The notes under the pieces: model-generated
The model's input: only the letters and a program-made list of their open reading frames with translations
Told to the model about the DNA's origin: nothing
Databases searched by the model: none
Program-made: the position numbers and the translations under genes
In this document: piece by piece, positions 10,038 to 20,039 of the stretch
Numbering within the stretch: the first letter of the stretch is position 1
Layout of the letters: the number at the start of each line of letters is the position of its first letter
Source: a virus
DNA length: 64,000 bases
Virus record (IMG/VR): IMGVR_UViG_3300043100_000006
Span: 38,180 to 102,179 of that record
Direction: 5' to 3' (one strand)

Positions 10038-10075
10038 CGCTTACACGGTATAGGTTGCAGATTCGCGGCAAGACA

Positions 10076-10455
10076 AGCAGCATAACTTTCCCTGGCAGGG
10101 CACTTCTGGGATGTATGTCGGGGGAGCCGGAACGGGCGGCGGTTGGGAGACCGTCGCCCTGAAGGTTTTATAATTCAGACATGAACGATCAAGGCTGCTA
10201 CCATATTTGCTGGCCTCCGCCGATGTACAATCCATCGTGGCTCGGCAGGTTGCTCGGTTTCAGTATCGCCCAAGCCATTGGTCTCACCAAGATTATGAGG
10301 CTGGTAGTCAATAAGCCGAGCAAGGGCGAATACGCATTCGACTCGGCCACTGGCGTTTTCACATTCGCGGTCGAAGACGCTGACAGGGAGATTCTGATTG
10401 GATCTGCGATACGTACTATATAAGTCGTGCAGGTTCAAATCCTGCCTATGCTGCT
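10076..10455 (+). ncRNA. Putative tRNA-like structured RNA enclosing an 80-aa ORF
   Basis: 9-bp closing stem 10076-10084/10447-10455; canonical T-arm GCAGG-TTCAAAT-CCTGC 10429-10445; several internal hairpins. Confidence 0.4.
10181..10423 (+). CDS. Hypothetical protein with virion beta-module motif
   Basis: PSKGEY...GVFTF...DA matches a module in adaptor, tail tube and tail tip; no SD. Confidence 0.5.
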   Translation: MNDQGCYHICWPPPMYNPSWLGRLLGFSIAQAIGLTKIMRLVVNKPSKGEYAFDSATGVFTFAVEDADREILIGSAIRTI

Positions 10456-10507
10456 CACATAGATAGCTCGCGCGGTAGCGGGAAACTGGAGGCAAACCAG
10501 TAGAGCG

Positions 10508-10534
10508 AAGGCCGTCCCAAAAAGGACGGCTTTT
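10508..10534 (+). terminator. Rho-independent terminator
   Basis: GCCGTCC/GGACGGC stem followed by TTTT. Confidence 0.75.
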
Positions 10535-10541
10535 CTATTTC

Positions 10542-10554
10542 TCCACCGGGTGGA
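10542..10554. repeat. Dispersed palindrome copy 2
   Basis: TCCACCGGGTGGA-GGGACT. Confidence 0.9.
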
Positions 10555-10569
10555 GGGACTGGGAAATAA

Positions 10570-11415
10570 ATGCTGACCGACATCGCCACGGTAATGCGCG
10601 CGCTGCATCTCGTGACGACCAACAGCGTGCCGGTACTGTCGCCGCTAATTCCTGATCAGAGCCAAGCGTTTCTGGATGAGACCGGGCGCACGACCTTTGA
10701 TCTTGCAAGCTATGTCGAGACGCGGGACGGACTCGGCAACGATACGATGCAGTTGCAGTATTTCCCGGTGCAGTCGGTCGCATCGTTGGTCAAGAATGGC
10801 GTGACGATTCCGCTGTCAACCGCATGGAACATGTGGGGCTACCAGTGGGACGCGCTCGGCAAGATCACGCTGATCTGCGATTCGTTTAACTGCGGGAATA
10901 TCACGTTCAACCGCAAGAACGTTGTTATTACCTACACCGCTGGCTATCCCACGATCACGGTATCGAACGAACTACAAACCATCGTAGCAACGAATCCGCA
11001 AGGGCCAGGGGGGACGGTAGCGACATGGCCTCCGCCGTACACGATTTACGTTCTGCAACCGAACTGGCTGGCGGATGGCGGCGTAAGTTATTTCGGGGGC
11101 GCGGCGTTGACGCCAGTGACAGGACCGCCGAGCGTGGGACAGTATTACGTTTTGGGAAGTGGCGGTTACCTGTTTGCTGCGGCTGATGTGGGCAAGCAGG
11201 TGACGTTGAACTATACCGCATCTGGCTATCCATCAGACTTGGTTGGTGCCGTGACGCGGATGATCGCTCTGCGCTACTATCAGCAGGGGCACGAGGACAA
11301 GAAGCAAGACAAGCTCGGCGAGGGAACAACGACATATTCTAAAGAAGCGTACCCAACAGATGTTGTTAGGATCATCAAGAAATTTAAGAAGCATTTCTTC
11401 CTTCCCGGATTCTAA
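10570..11415 (+). CDS. Head-tail adaptor (gp6-like) with inserted beta module
   Basis: NVVITYTAGY and YTASGYPSDL motifs; position after capsid. Confidence 0.75.
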   Translation: MLTDIATVMRALHLVTTNSVPVLSPLIPDQSQAFLDETGRTTFDLASYVETRDGLGNDTMQLQYFPVQSVASLVKNGVTIPLSTAWNMWGYQWDALGKITLICDSFNCGNITFNRKNVVITYTAGYPTITVSNELQTIVATNPQGPGGTVATWPPPYTIYVLQPNWLADGGVSYFGGAALTPVTGPPSVGQYYVLGSGGYLFAAADVGKQVTLNYTASGYPSDLVGAVTRMIALRYYQQGHEDKKQDKLGEGTTTYSKEAYPTDVVRIIKKFKKHFFLPGF

Positions 11416-11898
11416 ATGCCCAAAGCCTTCGACTTTTCCGTCAGCGGCGACATGGCAGCGCGTGCGCGAATGGAAGGTATGCCAGACCGCCTCGTGCCGC
11501 TGCTAGTGCGAAATTTGAACACGGTCCACACGCAACTCCAGCGGTTTATTGTGAGCGACAAGTTGAGCGGCCAGGTGCTCAAGTCGCACTCTGGAAACCT
11601 GAAGCGAAACATCCTTCAGATCCCTGCAACGGTCGAAGGCTATCAAGTTACGGCCGGTGTAGGGCTCGGCAAGAATGCCAAGTACGGATTGGCGCATGAG
11701 TTCGGCGCCGATATCCCGGAACGAACGCCAGTGAATGCTAAGGCGCTTTCGTGGATCGGCGCGGATGGGGTCCGCGTGTTCTTCATGCGAGCACGGGCGT
11801 TTCATCTGCCAGAGAGAAGTTTCCTGCGATCCTCATTTACTGAGTTCCAGCCAAAGATTCAGGATGCCGCGGCATCCGCAGTGCAAGAAGCCCTATGA
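11416..11898 (+). CDS. Neck/tail completion protein (HK97 gp10-like)
   Basis: SGNLKRNI, Y...HEFG, PERSFLR motifs. Confidence 0.75.
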   Translation: MPKAFDFSVSGDMAARARMEGMPDRLVPLLVRNLNTVHTQLQRFIVSDKLSGQVLKSHSGNLKRNILQIPATVEGYQVTAGVGLGKNAKYGLAHEFGADIPERTPVNAKALSWIGADGVRVFFMRARAFHLPERSFLRSSFTEFQPKIQDAAASAVQEAL

Positions 11899-12386
11899 GT
11901 GGTCCTTCAGTCTTTATTCCTCCATCGCGAGAATCGGTCTACGCCGCGCTGTTCGCGTTACTTCAGTCGGCGACTCTTGGCGGGAATCCGGCCTTCGTAA
12001 CCACGGGGCGCGCCTTGCGGTCACAGGAACAAATCAACGGCATTGAGCAGCCGGCGATGTTCATGTTGCAGACGGATGAAGAGTGGAAGCAGAATGCCAG
12101 CGGCCTGCCCTACGTGTCCGATGCGATGGTCGAGGTGTACATCTTCGCGCAGCAGCCGGACGATCTGGTAGCGCCGTCTCCGCAACTGAATAACTTGGTC
12201 GACGCAGCACTTGCGACCTTGAAACCTCCATACCCAGGACAGAAGCAGACCCTTGGCGGTCTTGTGGAAGCGGTTGTACTCCGCGGCAAAGCAGAATACC
12301 GTCTTGGTCTTCAGGGAGTGATCAATGCTTTCGCAGTCTTTCCGGTTGTACTCATCATGCCGAAGTGGCAGCAGGGTCTCGGCTGA
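11895..12386 (+). CDS. Tail terminator protein
   Basis: Position, size, QTLGGLV motif. Confidence 0.65.
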   Translation: MSGPSVFIPPSRESVYAALFALLQSATLGGNPAFVTTGRALRSQEQINGIEQPAMFMLQTDEEWKQNASGLPYVSDAMVEVYIFAQQPDDLVAPSPQLNNLVDAALATLKPPYPGQKQTLGGLVEAVVLRGKAEYRLGLQGVINAFAVFPVVLIMPKWQQGLG

Positions 12387-12389
12387 GTC

Positions 12390-12668
12390 ATGGTTTGGAA
12401 TCCGGTGCGCATGGCAAACGGGACATGGCTCTGGTGGGCCACACTGCCAAGCGAGTGGACTGCATGGGTAATTGACGATTCCTGGCGTCGAGGGATTGGG
12501 ACAGAGTACAGGATTGCAGTCTCGGTCAAGACGGTGACATTCTTTTCGCCGGGCCGATTCATAGACTTCCGCGAGGCGAAGGTTGCGGCGGTTACTCGAG
12601 CGCTGCATCTCCAGTGGCAACCGCTGGCGAATAACGGGCACTTTTCCAAAGAACGAAAATCCACGTAG
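12390..12668 (+). CDS. Hypothetical protein
   Basis: ORF fills gap. Confidence 0.45.
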   Translation: MVWNPVRMANGTWLWWATLPSEWTAWVIDDSWRRGIGTEYRIAVSVKTVTFFSPGRFIDFREAKVAAVTRALHLQWQPLANNGHFSKERKST

Positions 12669-12682
12669 AAAGGAATAAATCT

Positions 12683-15673
12683 ATGAAGATCATGGGAGGG
12701 CGCATCGTCGCACTGGTGGGCATTCTCTCGCTCATGCTCTGTAGTCTTGTACTTGCGCAGGATATTCAACCAACCACGCAAGGGCCAAACAAAGAGACGG
12801 CAGCCTCGGCGGTAATTTCAATTTCGGGAACGCCGGTCTTCTTCGCGGATAGGGGCGGCACGGTTTCTCAGGATTTTGAAATTGTCGTGAACGGATCTCC
12901 GTCCGCGCTGACAGTCAACGTTTACGGGTGCGGACTCTTTGTTTGTACTGCGCTTCCGCTCGGGACTTCGACAGGAACGGGAAGCCAGCACATCCCGGTG
13001 AGCGGCCCCTACGCCCGGTACGAGGTTGTGCCGACTTTTAGCGGCGGAACTTCGCCGACCGTACAGATTAATCGCTACGCAACGACGGCACGAAGCGGCG
13101 GCACGACGCTCACGGGTACGGCGCCAATCGTAGTCGCGGGAGGGGCAGTGTCATGCCCCACCTGCGGCACTGGTACGGGTAACGTAATCGGCGCCACTAC
13201 GCCAACAGCGGGCGATGCGGCGTCATTTGCCGATACCACTGGCAAGTTGCTAGCAGATGCCGGTGGCCCAGTCCCAACGACCATCGCTCCGGTAGCGACT
13301 CAGTTCTTAAGCGGGTATACCAAGAGCACTGGGGCATTTACGCAACGGGCTCTTGTGAGCGGCGATGTTCCAAACAATGGCGCGAACACAACCGGCAGTG
13401 CTGGAAGTTTTACAGGTAACTTGGTCGGCGACGTGACGGGAGCGCAGGGCGCGACGGTTGTTGGGAAAATCAACGGTGTGCCTTTATGTTCTGGCGTCGT
13501 TCCATCTACGACGCAAGTATTAACCTACACAACAGCGAGCAGCCCGAATCCATGTCTTACGTATGGATCTGTTAGCCCGCTTACGACAACTGGCGACATA
13601 TATATCTACAATAGCGGTAATGCTCGGCTACCATTTGGGGCAAATGGCCAATTCATGTTTGGTGCGAGCGGACTGCCGGCATGGGATGTGAATCTAACTG
13701 ACGTTTCTAACCTACTTTCATATACCGGGGCGAGCGGAATCTCCACCAGTGGGCCGATCGCTGGCGGAACTGGAATAAGTAGCAGTGGATCGGGGGCTGG
13801 ACGATTCAGTGCGGGTGCTGGTGCTACGCCGTTTCCAATTAGCGGCAATGCTTATGAATTAATCGGCCCCGCGCAAACGGGGACGGAGTATCAAGAGATG
13901 GTACCGAATGCTGCAGCGACTGGGTTTCTCTACGATACCTCAATCACTCCAGCGACGGCCGGTACGATCACTTTTAGCGGGACTGGGATTGCTACGATTC
14001 CACTCTCGACGGGCGGCACATATCCAGCAGGGATGTATGCTGGGAGCGGCACCGGGCCTCCTTGTCAAATCTCAGGTAATGGCACGAATGCCACCTGCAC
14101 TACGACGATGAATAGCGGCGGGACGGCTGTCGCAAGCTTTAACGTCGGACTCCCTGGCAGTGGCTACACTTTAGCTACCGCATCCGTGCCCAACCAAAAC
14201 TTTCGCTCTTATCTTGCGACAGCAGGTATTCCTCAAGGCGGTACGGGCCAAGCAACGGCCAATGCGGCATTTAACGCCCTGTCCCCAATGACAACGTTGG
14301 GTGACATTGAGTATGAAAACTCTACTCCAGCAGCCGCTAGATTAGCGGGGAACACGAGTGCGACCAAGAACTTCTTAACACAGACGGGCAATGGAACGAC
14401 ATCATCAGCTCCATTATGGGGGCCACTTGCATCTGGCGACATTCCGAATAATGCGGCGAACACTACAGGCACAGCTAGCAATGCAATCGCTGTCAATACG
14501 AACGCGTTTCCCGCTGCCGGTACCTTCGTTTCGGGTGGTATGCCCTGCTACACGAGCACGACCGTAGAGGCTTCTTCCCTATTGTTTAATACGGCGCAGC
14601 CTATCATCGGGAGCGGCGCTGGCACATGCCCAGTAAGCGCTTCAGGAATTAAGTTTGGAAACAATTTAATTCAAAGCACGGCCAACGCCAGCAATATGAC
14701 CTACTCTTCTGGCAACGGAAACGTCAATGCTAACGTTGCCTTGGGTACGACTACCCTCCAAGGGCCAGATATCAATGGGACTGGCGGAGCAGCGTCTGTC
14801 GGTGGGCAAGCTTTAGTCCGCGGCGGAAACAACGCGGCCACCAACGCATCAAGCACGGCTGGAAACGTCGAAGTAGTGGCCGGGACTAGCGTGAGTGCTA
14901 CGATCGGCCATCAGGGTCTTCATCAATTTGGGGGTGCCTATACAAAAGGCACGACCTATACTCAATGGAATCTTCAGTGCTCACAATCTACGGCGGAACA
15001 AACACAGGACTGCACGGCGAGCCCGACCAATGTGATTGGAGTTGGTGAGAGCGTGAGTGCGACTGGCGTTACGGTGTTGGATGATGGAGATATCCCGATC
15101 AATGCCAGCGCAGCGGTGACGGCCGGGCATTCGGTATGCGCAGGCACGACGGCTGGACAGGTTACGGATAGCGGCGGCACAGGCCCATGCACATTTGGAT
15201 CAACGATTGGGCACGTAACGCATACCAGTGGGACTTACACACTGCCGGATGGCGTGAGCGTTACAGCGAGCACTTCGCTTCCGATTGTCCATTGGGAATA
15301 TCGTGCGCCGACCTTCCCGCAAATGGTGGGTTCGGTTAGTTGCACACAAGCCAACTGCGCATCCTCCGCGACCACGCTATTCACTACAGGTGGAAGCACG
15401 GCACTATATAACATTTTCGCGGCAATTGACTGCACCGGTACGACCTCGACAGCTACGGCACAAATCAGCGTCAAATATACTGATCCCAGCGGGACGGTAC
15501 AAACTCTCGCACCCACGGCTGCGGCCTGCACCGCTTTAGGAAGTTCCTCGGTAGCTATGATAAACCAGAGTGTAGAAGCGCAAAATGCGACAGCGATTCA
15601 ATATCTAACGACGGGAGTAAATTCACCGAACTATCAAGCCCGCGTCTCCATTATCCAGTTAACCACGAACTAA
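12683..15673 (+). CDS. Large Gly/Thr/Cys-rich fibre-like protein with Sec signal peptide
   Basis: MKIMGGRIVALVGILSLMLCSLVLA|Q; fibre-like repeats SPLTTTGDI/SPMTTLGDI and SGDVPNNGANTTG/SGDIPNNAANTTG. Confidence 0.7.
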   Translation: MKIMGGRIVALVGILSLMLCSLVLAQDIQPTTQGPNKETAASAVISISGTPVFFADRGGTVSQDFEIVVNGSPSALTVNVYGCGLFVCTALPLGTSTGTGSQHIPVSGPYARYEVVPTFSGGTSPTVQINRYATTARSGGTTLTGTAPIVVAGGAVSCPTCGTGTGNVIGATTPTAGDAASFADTTGKLLADAGGPVPTTIAPVATQFLSGYTKSTGAFTQRALVSGDVPNNGANTTGSAGSFTGNLVGDVTGAQGATVVGKINGVPLCSGVVPSTTQVLTYTTASSPNPCLTYGSVSPLTTTGDIYIYNSGNARLPFGANGQFMFGASGLPAWDVNLTDVSNLLSYTGASGISTSGPIAGGTGISSSGSGAGRFSAGAGATPFPISGNAYELIGPAQTGTEYQEMVPNAAATGFLYDTSITPATAGTITFSGTGIATIPLSTGGTYPAGMYAGSGTGPPCQISGNGTNATCTTTMNSGGTAVASFNVGLPGSGYTLATASVPNQNFRSYLATAGIPQGGTGQATANAAFNALSPMTTLGDIEYENSTPAAARLAGNTSATKNFLTQTGNGTTSSAPLWGPLASGDIPNNAANTTGTASNAIAVNTNAFPAAGTFVSGGMPCYTSTTVEASSLLFNTAQPIIGSGAGTCPVSASGIKFGNNLIQSTANASNMTYSSGNGNVNANVALGTTTLQGPDINGTGGAASVGGQALVRGGNNAATNASSTAGNVEVVAGTSVSATIGHQGLHQFGGAYTKGTTYTQWNLQCSQSTAEQTQDCTASPTNVIGVGESVSATGVTVLDDGDIPINASAAVTAGHSVCAGTTAGQVTDSGGTGPCTFGSTIGHVTHTSGTYTLPDGVSVTASTSLPIVHWEYRAPTFPQMVGSVSCTQANCASSATTLFTTGGSTALYNIFAAIDCTGTTSTATAQISVKYTDPSGTVQTLAPTAAACTALGSSSVAMINQSVEAQNATAIQYLTTGVNSPNYQARVSIIQLTTN

Positions 15674-15685
15674 TGCGGAGAATGA

Positions 15686-17500
15686 ATGGCTATCTTAAAG
15701 AGAGTCTTAGTCCTATTTTTATTAGTCGCATCCATTGACGCACAACAGCAACTCAATCTGGTTATGGTCGCGCAAGCGCCGCTCGCCTCGGGGGGATCGA
15801 CGGCAGCCCTATATACCGGACTCGTCAATAATGTGTTCCAGCAAGGCGCATCGGGGAGTCTCGCGCGCTATGTAAGTGGCGTGACGCCTATTGTCGCTTG
15901 GAATGTGGTGGACACTGGTACGACTGCTCCATCAATCAATTGGACGACGCTCGATGCCGATCTTAATGCTTGGCTATCAAACGGCGCGCCCTATCTTGGA
16001 ATCATCTTCGCGCCAGCGATCGAAGGCGGCAATAACAACGGAACGCCAGCTTATGTCTTTACGACAACATACCAGGCGGCCATTGGAGCCGCACAGCCGC
16101 AAGATATCGTAGTGACGGGTTCCTATAGGGGTGGCAGCGGCAGTCCTTACGGCAATGCGAATGGCGCAACAGGATGCACGACAGGCTGTGATTACAATAT
16201 CAATACTTGTGTTACCGCTGGCTGCACGTGGACGAATAGCGGCAATGACACGAGCGGACTCCCGGTGAGTATGATCGGGGAACCCATTGTCACCGCATGG
16301 GAATCTTTTGTGCAACAGGTTTACATCCACTTCTCTTCGGCCTGTGCGACGGGCGCGGGAGTGACGGACTGCACAAATGCGGCGACGGTGACCGCTAAAT
16401 TAAAGTACATAAAGTTCGGTCCAACACAAGGCGGCGAAGCGAGTGTAGTTGGATTGGCCCTTTGGCCGATTCCCTCGGCGTACTCGACCTTCTCGCAGGC
16501 TTTTGTGGGAACTAACTCAGTGGCTCCAACTACGCCAACATGCCATCTCACTGGTACGGGTGGCGTGCTCAGTTATCTGGAACAGTTTTACGCTTTGCTG
16601 GGAACCTATATCACAACCTACAATCCCTCGTGGATAGTGGTCGAATCGCTTCACTCGAATGGCAATCCTCCCAACGCTTCTTATGCGGACTGTCAGGCGA
16701 TCTACGCAAAGGGAGACGGGTTGGGATTCGGCACCAACGGGTTAGAGATCAGCGACCAAGCCAATTATGCTGCTAGCAACGCGCCGCTTACGCCAGACCT
16801 TACGAATTGCACGAGCGATTGGTGCTACAACGTAAACGCCTATTGGCTGAATGTGCCGGCGAACTATCTTCAGACGTTGACGATTACCGATCCATCAAAT
16901 GGATATCCACCTGGCGAAGTTACTTCTGGCCAAGCCGGCTCGCTTGTAACCCTACTCACTTTTGCTTCGCAACGCCACGTGAGTATTGCGGAAATCTATC
17001 CGTGCGATGCCATGTTCGCCTTTGCAACCGCATGGAGTGGCCTTCCATCTACAGGTAATGGGGCAAGTTTGACCAACTGCCAGAGTTGGTACAACCAATC
17101 CTCGGGTGGGATTATCGGCTCGTCTGTCGGGGCGATTGGCGCGGGTTACGCGGTCAACGACACAGGCACGGTGACAACGGGCGGGGGTAATGCAACTTAC
17201 ATTGTTACGGCTGTCGTCGGGGGCGGAGTCTCATCTTTCAATATTGTGCTCACTGGGACTGGATACTCGGTTTCAAATGGCCAAGCGACGGCGAAAACTT
17301 CGGGGTCCGGGAATGGAGCATTCACGGTAAATGTAACGGCTATCTCACCGCTTGCGGGGAGTTACAATGCCACTGGCGGCGGAGCAGGGGTGAATAATCA
17401 GTATGCGGAGGCGATTCAAAGTTTCACGTCGGCCAGCCCTGCGGGGACCGCGACTCTCACTGGTAATGCATCTGTAACAGGAAAGGCCTCGATTCAATGA
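15686..17500 (+). CDS. Signal-peptide protein with glycoside-hydrolase-like domain
   Basis: MAILKRVLVLFLLVASIDA|Q; W..VD...INW..LD motif; paralogous to domain inside tail tip. Confidence 0.6.
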   Translation: MAILKRVLVLFLLVASIDAQQQLNLVMVAQAPLASGGSTAALYTGLVNNVFQQGASGSLARYVSGVTPIVAWNVVDTGTTAPSINWTTLDADLNAWLSNGAPYLGIIFAPAIEGGNNNGTPAYVFTTTYQAAIGAAQPQDIVVTGSYRGGSGSPYGNANGATGCTTGCDYNINTCVTAGCTWTNSGNDTSGLPVSMIGEPIVTAWESFVQQVYIHFSSACATGAGVTDCTNAATVTAKLKYIKFGPTQGGEASVVGLALWPIPSAYSTFSQAFVGTNSVAPTTPTCHLTGTGGVLSYLEQFYALLGTYITTYNPSWIVVESLHSNGNPPNASYADCQAIYAKGDGLGFGTNGLEISDQANYAASNAPLTPDLTNCTSDWCYNVNAYWLNVPANYLQTLTITDPSNGYPPGEVTSGQAGSLVTLLTFASQRHVSIAEIYPCDAMFAFATAWSGLPSTGNGASLTNCQSWYNQSSGGIIGSSVGAIGAGYAVNDTGTVTTGGGNATYIVTAVVGGGVSSFNIVLTGTGYSVSNGQATAKTSGSGNGAFTVNVTAISPLAGSYNATGGGAGVNNQYAEAIQSFTSASPAGTATLTGNASVTGKASIQ

Positions 17501-18300
17501 AGGTTCCCTTTATCACAGTAGTCTTCATCGCACTGACAGCAGTGGTCGCTGCGCAAAAGGTTGTACTGCCGATGCAAGTCGAGAGAATTCCCTGCCAGGC
17601 TAACTCAAACTACATCGGCGATTTCGGACCAATGGAGGGCGGCACAAATCCGGCGTTGCGCGCCGAAATTGCAAAGCCGAACGCTGGAGCACCTAACGGC
17701 AGCGTGAGCCTGACATGCACCGCAGGAACAAGCGGAGCCGGACAGGGCGCGGCGATGAGTTTCAATTTTTACCGGGCTACCGCGACGACGGCATCCTGCC
17801 CGGCGAGTGGTTATGTAATCCTTGGCACAAGCCCGATGTTATCCAGTTGTGCATATGCAGATACTACCGTCTCGCCGAACACCACCTACTGCTATACGGC
17901 AACGGATCTAGATATTACGGTTGGTGCGACGTGCCCTGCGGGAGTGGTCTGCGAGAGCGGCCAATCATCGCCGCTTTTAGTCACAGTGCCAGCGCTGCTT
18001 CCGCCAAATCCGCCAACGGGATTGACGGCTGGCCAGATCGTTGCAAAGTCAGTGCCCTTGCAATGGAAGGCTCCAGCGGCCCAGGCTGGCGTGATCGTGG
18101 AATCCTACAATGTGCTGCGGTGCCATGAAGCGAGGTGTCCTGACCCTCCGCTGGCTGCTACGGTGACAGCAACGAAGTACACCGACACCTGCGATTACAC
18201 AAACCTCCTGTGCTACTACGAGATCACGGCCAATGACTTGGTGGGCGGGGTAAAGGAAACGACCGGGCCGAGCAATATCGTGGAAGCCAAGGTTAATTGA
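17497..18300 (+). CDS. Signal-peptide protein with two fibronectin type III-like domains
   Basis: PNPPTGL..V.L.W..P...SYNV.R...Y.D...YYEITA; signal ends AVVAA|Q. Confidence 0.75.
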   Translation: MKVPFITVVFIALTAVVAAQKVVLPMQVERIPCQANSNYIGDFGPMEGGTNPALRAEIAKPNAGAPNGSVSLTCTAGTSGAGQGAAMSFNFYRATATTASCPASGYVILGTSPMLSSCAYADTTVSPNTTYCYTATDLDITVGATCPAGVVCESGQSSPLLVTVPALLPPNPPTGLTAGQIVAKSVPLQWKAPAAQAGVIVESYNVLRCHEARCPDPPLAATVTATKYTDTCDYTNLLCYYEITANDLVGGVKETTGPSNIVEAKVN

Positions 18301-18572
18301 TGCGTCGGCCCCTGAAAACGGCAACAAGCTCTCAATTGCCGGGACGATGCTGTAGCGCAGCGCTCACCGCAAACCAGACGCCAACACTGACTGAGCGGGA
18401 AATTTTAGCATTAAAGTTAGCTGCGGAAGGATTGAGAAACAAAGAAGCTGCCGTGGTTCTTGACTGCTGCAGGACAAACGTGCGGAAACTGTGGCATTCA
18501 GCCTGCGTAAAACTTGGCGCAAACAATAAGTGCCACGCTATTGCACTTGCGATCCGAAGGAAGATCATTTGA
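18297..18572 (+). CDS. LuxR/GerE-type HTH protein
   Basis: LTEREILALKLAAEGLRNKEAA...KLG..N..HAIALAIRRKII. Confidence 0.85.
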   Translation: MMRRPLKTATSSQLPGRCCSAALTANQTPTLTEREILALKLAAEGLRNKEAAVVLDCCRTNVRKLWHSACVKLGANNKCHAIALAIRRKII

Positions 18573-18610
18573 ACGGAACGGAACGCAAAAATCTTCTAGC
18601 GCTCACCGCC

Positions 18611-19154
18611 TCAGGGAACATGCTTCCAGATGTCGCGGCGCACGATTAGCCCGATCAGAGATGGCGAAACGTCATATTTGTCAGCAAGCCGACGATACTC
18701 CGTACCAATACGGGCCTTGCAATCAGTGCGTATCTCTCTCACCTGATCCTCGGTGAGTTTGGACTGAGGAAGGTCCTCTCCCCGCTTGGTGCGGTTGCGC
18801 TTGTTTCTGTCGGCGGCGTTCTGGGCGTCAGTCCCTTCGATAACGTGGCGGGGGTTAAAGCAAGCCGGGGTATCGCAGGTATGGCGAGCCAAAGGATCAG
18901 GCCAGCGCCCGTGAGTCAGGTAGAAAGCAAGCCTATGTGCCCGTACTCTCTGCCCTGCTCCAAAATAGCAACGCCCATAGCCACCACTCATTTTGCCAAA
19001 TGGCCAGATTAGGCACGCATCTGAATTGTGGGCTGCGATAGCCGTTTTCAGATAAAGCAACCGTGCGTCAGCATTTGCGAGATGCCGCGTCCGCATCTCC
19101 TGAAGAACGTCTAATTGTGCAGTAGAAGGTTTGCTAGAATTACGAGGAAGCATC
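18611..19154 (-). CDS. Free-standing HNH homing endonuclease with C-terminal HTH
   Basis: CLIW...GYG...RAHR...RHTCDTPACFNPRH...GT..QN..D; KLTEDQVREIR; start approximate. Confidence 0.9.
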
Positions 19155-19281
19155 GTTGCCCTCCGATGGCAATGGTGGTTTATGGCGAGCACGCTTTCGC
19201 GAGCGTCTCGCCTTTCCTTATTCTAGCAGAGCGCGAGATCGCAAGTCCAAACGCCCTAGGCGTAGAAAAAGGAGAAAGCAT

Positions 19282-20037
19282 ATGGTAATCGAATTCGGAA
19301 GTGGGGTACTATTTGGTAAGCCCATCGCGGGCAACCTGCCCACAAACCCGACGCCGGTGCGTCTCGGCGTCTTACAAGAATGCGCGATCAGTTTCAAGGG
19401 AGACTTGAAAAAGCTTTACGGTCAGTATCAGTTTCCGGTAGCGACGGCGCGCGGCAAAGTGGATATCGACATCAAAGGCAAGTTTGCGGCCTTCGATCCG
19501 ATCGCAATGAACCAGTTGATGTTCGCGCAGCCGCAAACGGCGGGCATTACGCTGATTGCGGATAGCGAGAGCCATCCAATTGCAGCGACCGTTACCACTA
19601 CGAACGCCTCAACCTATGTGGCCTCGGGCGGAGACTTCGGCGTGCAGAACGGTACGACGGGCGCGACGATGATCAACGTGCCATCCTCTCCGGCTGTTGG
19701 CCAGTACAGCGTGAACACCGCGACGGGCGTCTACTCGTTCAACGCGACAGATGTCACGAGCGGGTTCCCGGTTCTGATCAGTTATTTGTATCTGGCCTCG
19801 ACGCGCGGCTGGACTACGGCCCTCACGCAACAGCTCATGGGCTACGCTCCGGTAGTCGAGATGTTTTTCTATGGCGACTTCCGCGGCAAGTACCTGGCGT
19901 GCCAGTTGAACAACGTAACCATCGGAGATATCTCGCTACCCTCGAAGCTTGAGGACTTCTGGATGTCCGATCTCACTGGGTCCGCTAATGCGGACGCGAG
20001 CAATAACGTCGGCTATCTGTACTCGGATGCCGCATAA
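19282..20037 (+). CDS. Major tail tube protein
   Basis: AAGGAG SD; FGSGVL, LQE..I.F....K.LYGQ.QFP...ARG; upstream of chaperones. Confidence 0.8.
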   Translation: MVIEFGSGVLFGKPIAGNLPTNPTPVRLGVLQECAISFKGDLKKLYGQYQFPVATARGKVDIDIKGKFAAFDPIAMNQLMFAQPQTAGITLIADSESHPIAATVTTTNASTYVASGGDFGVQNGTTGATMINVPSSPAVGQYSVNTATGVYSFNATDVTSGFPVLISYLYLASTRGWTTALTQQLMGYAPVVEMFFYGDFRGKYLACQLNNVTIGDISLPSKLEDFWMSDLTGSANADASNNVGYLYSDAA

Positions 20038-20039
20038 TT

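Noticed and set aside
10429-10460. Canonical tRNA or tmRNA gene
   Set aside because: T-arm only; no correctly placed D and anticodon arms, no CCA, no G3-U70; kept as tRNA-like element
19156-19281. N-terminal extension of tail tube ORF
   Set aside because: SD supports ATG 19282; the extension overlaps the HNH leader
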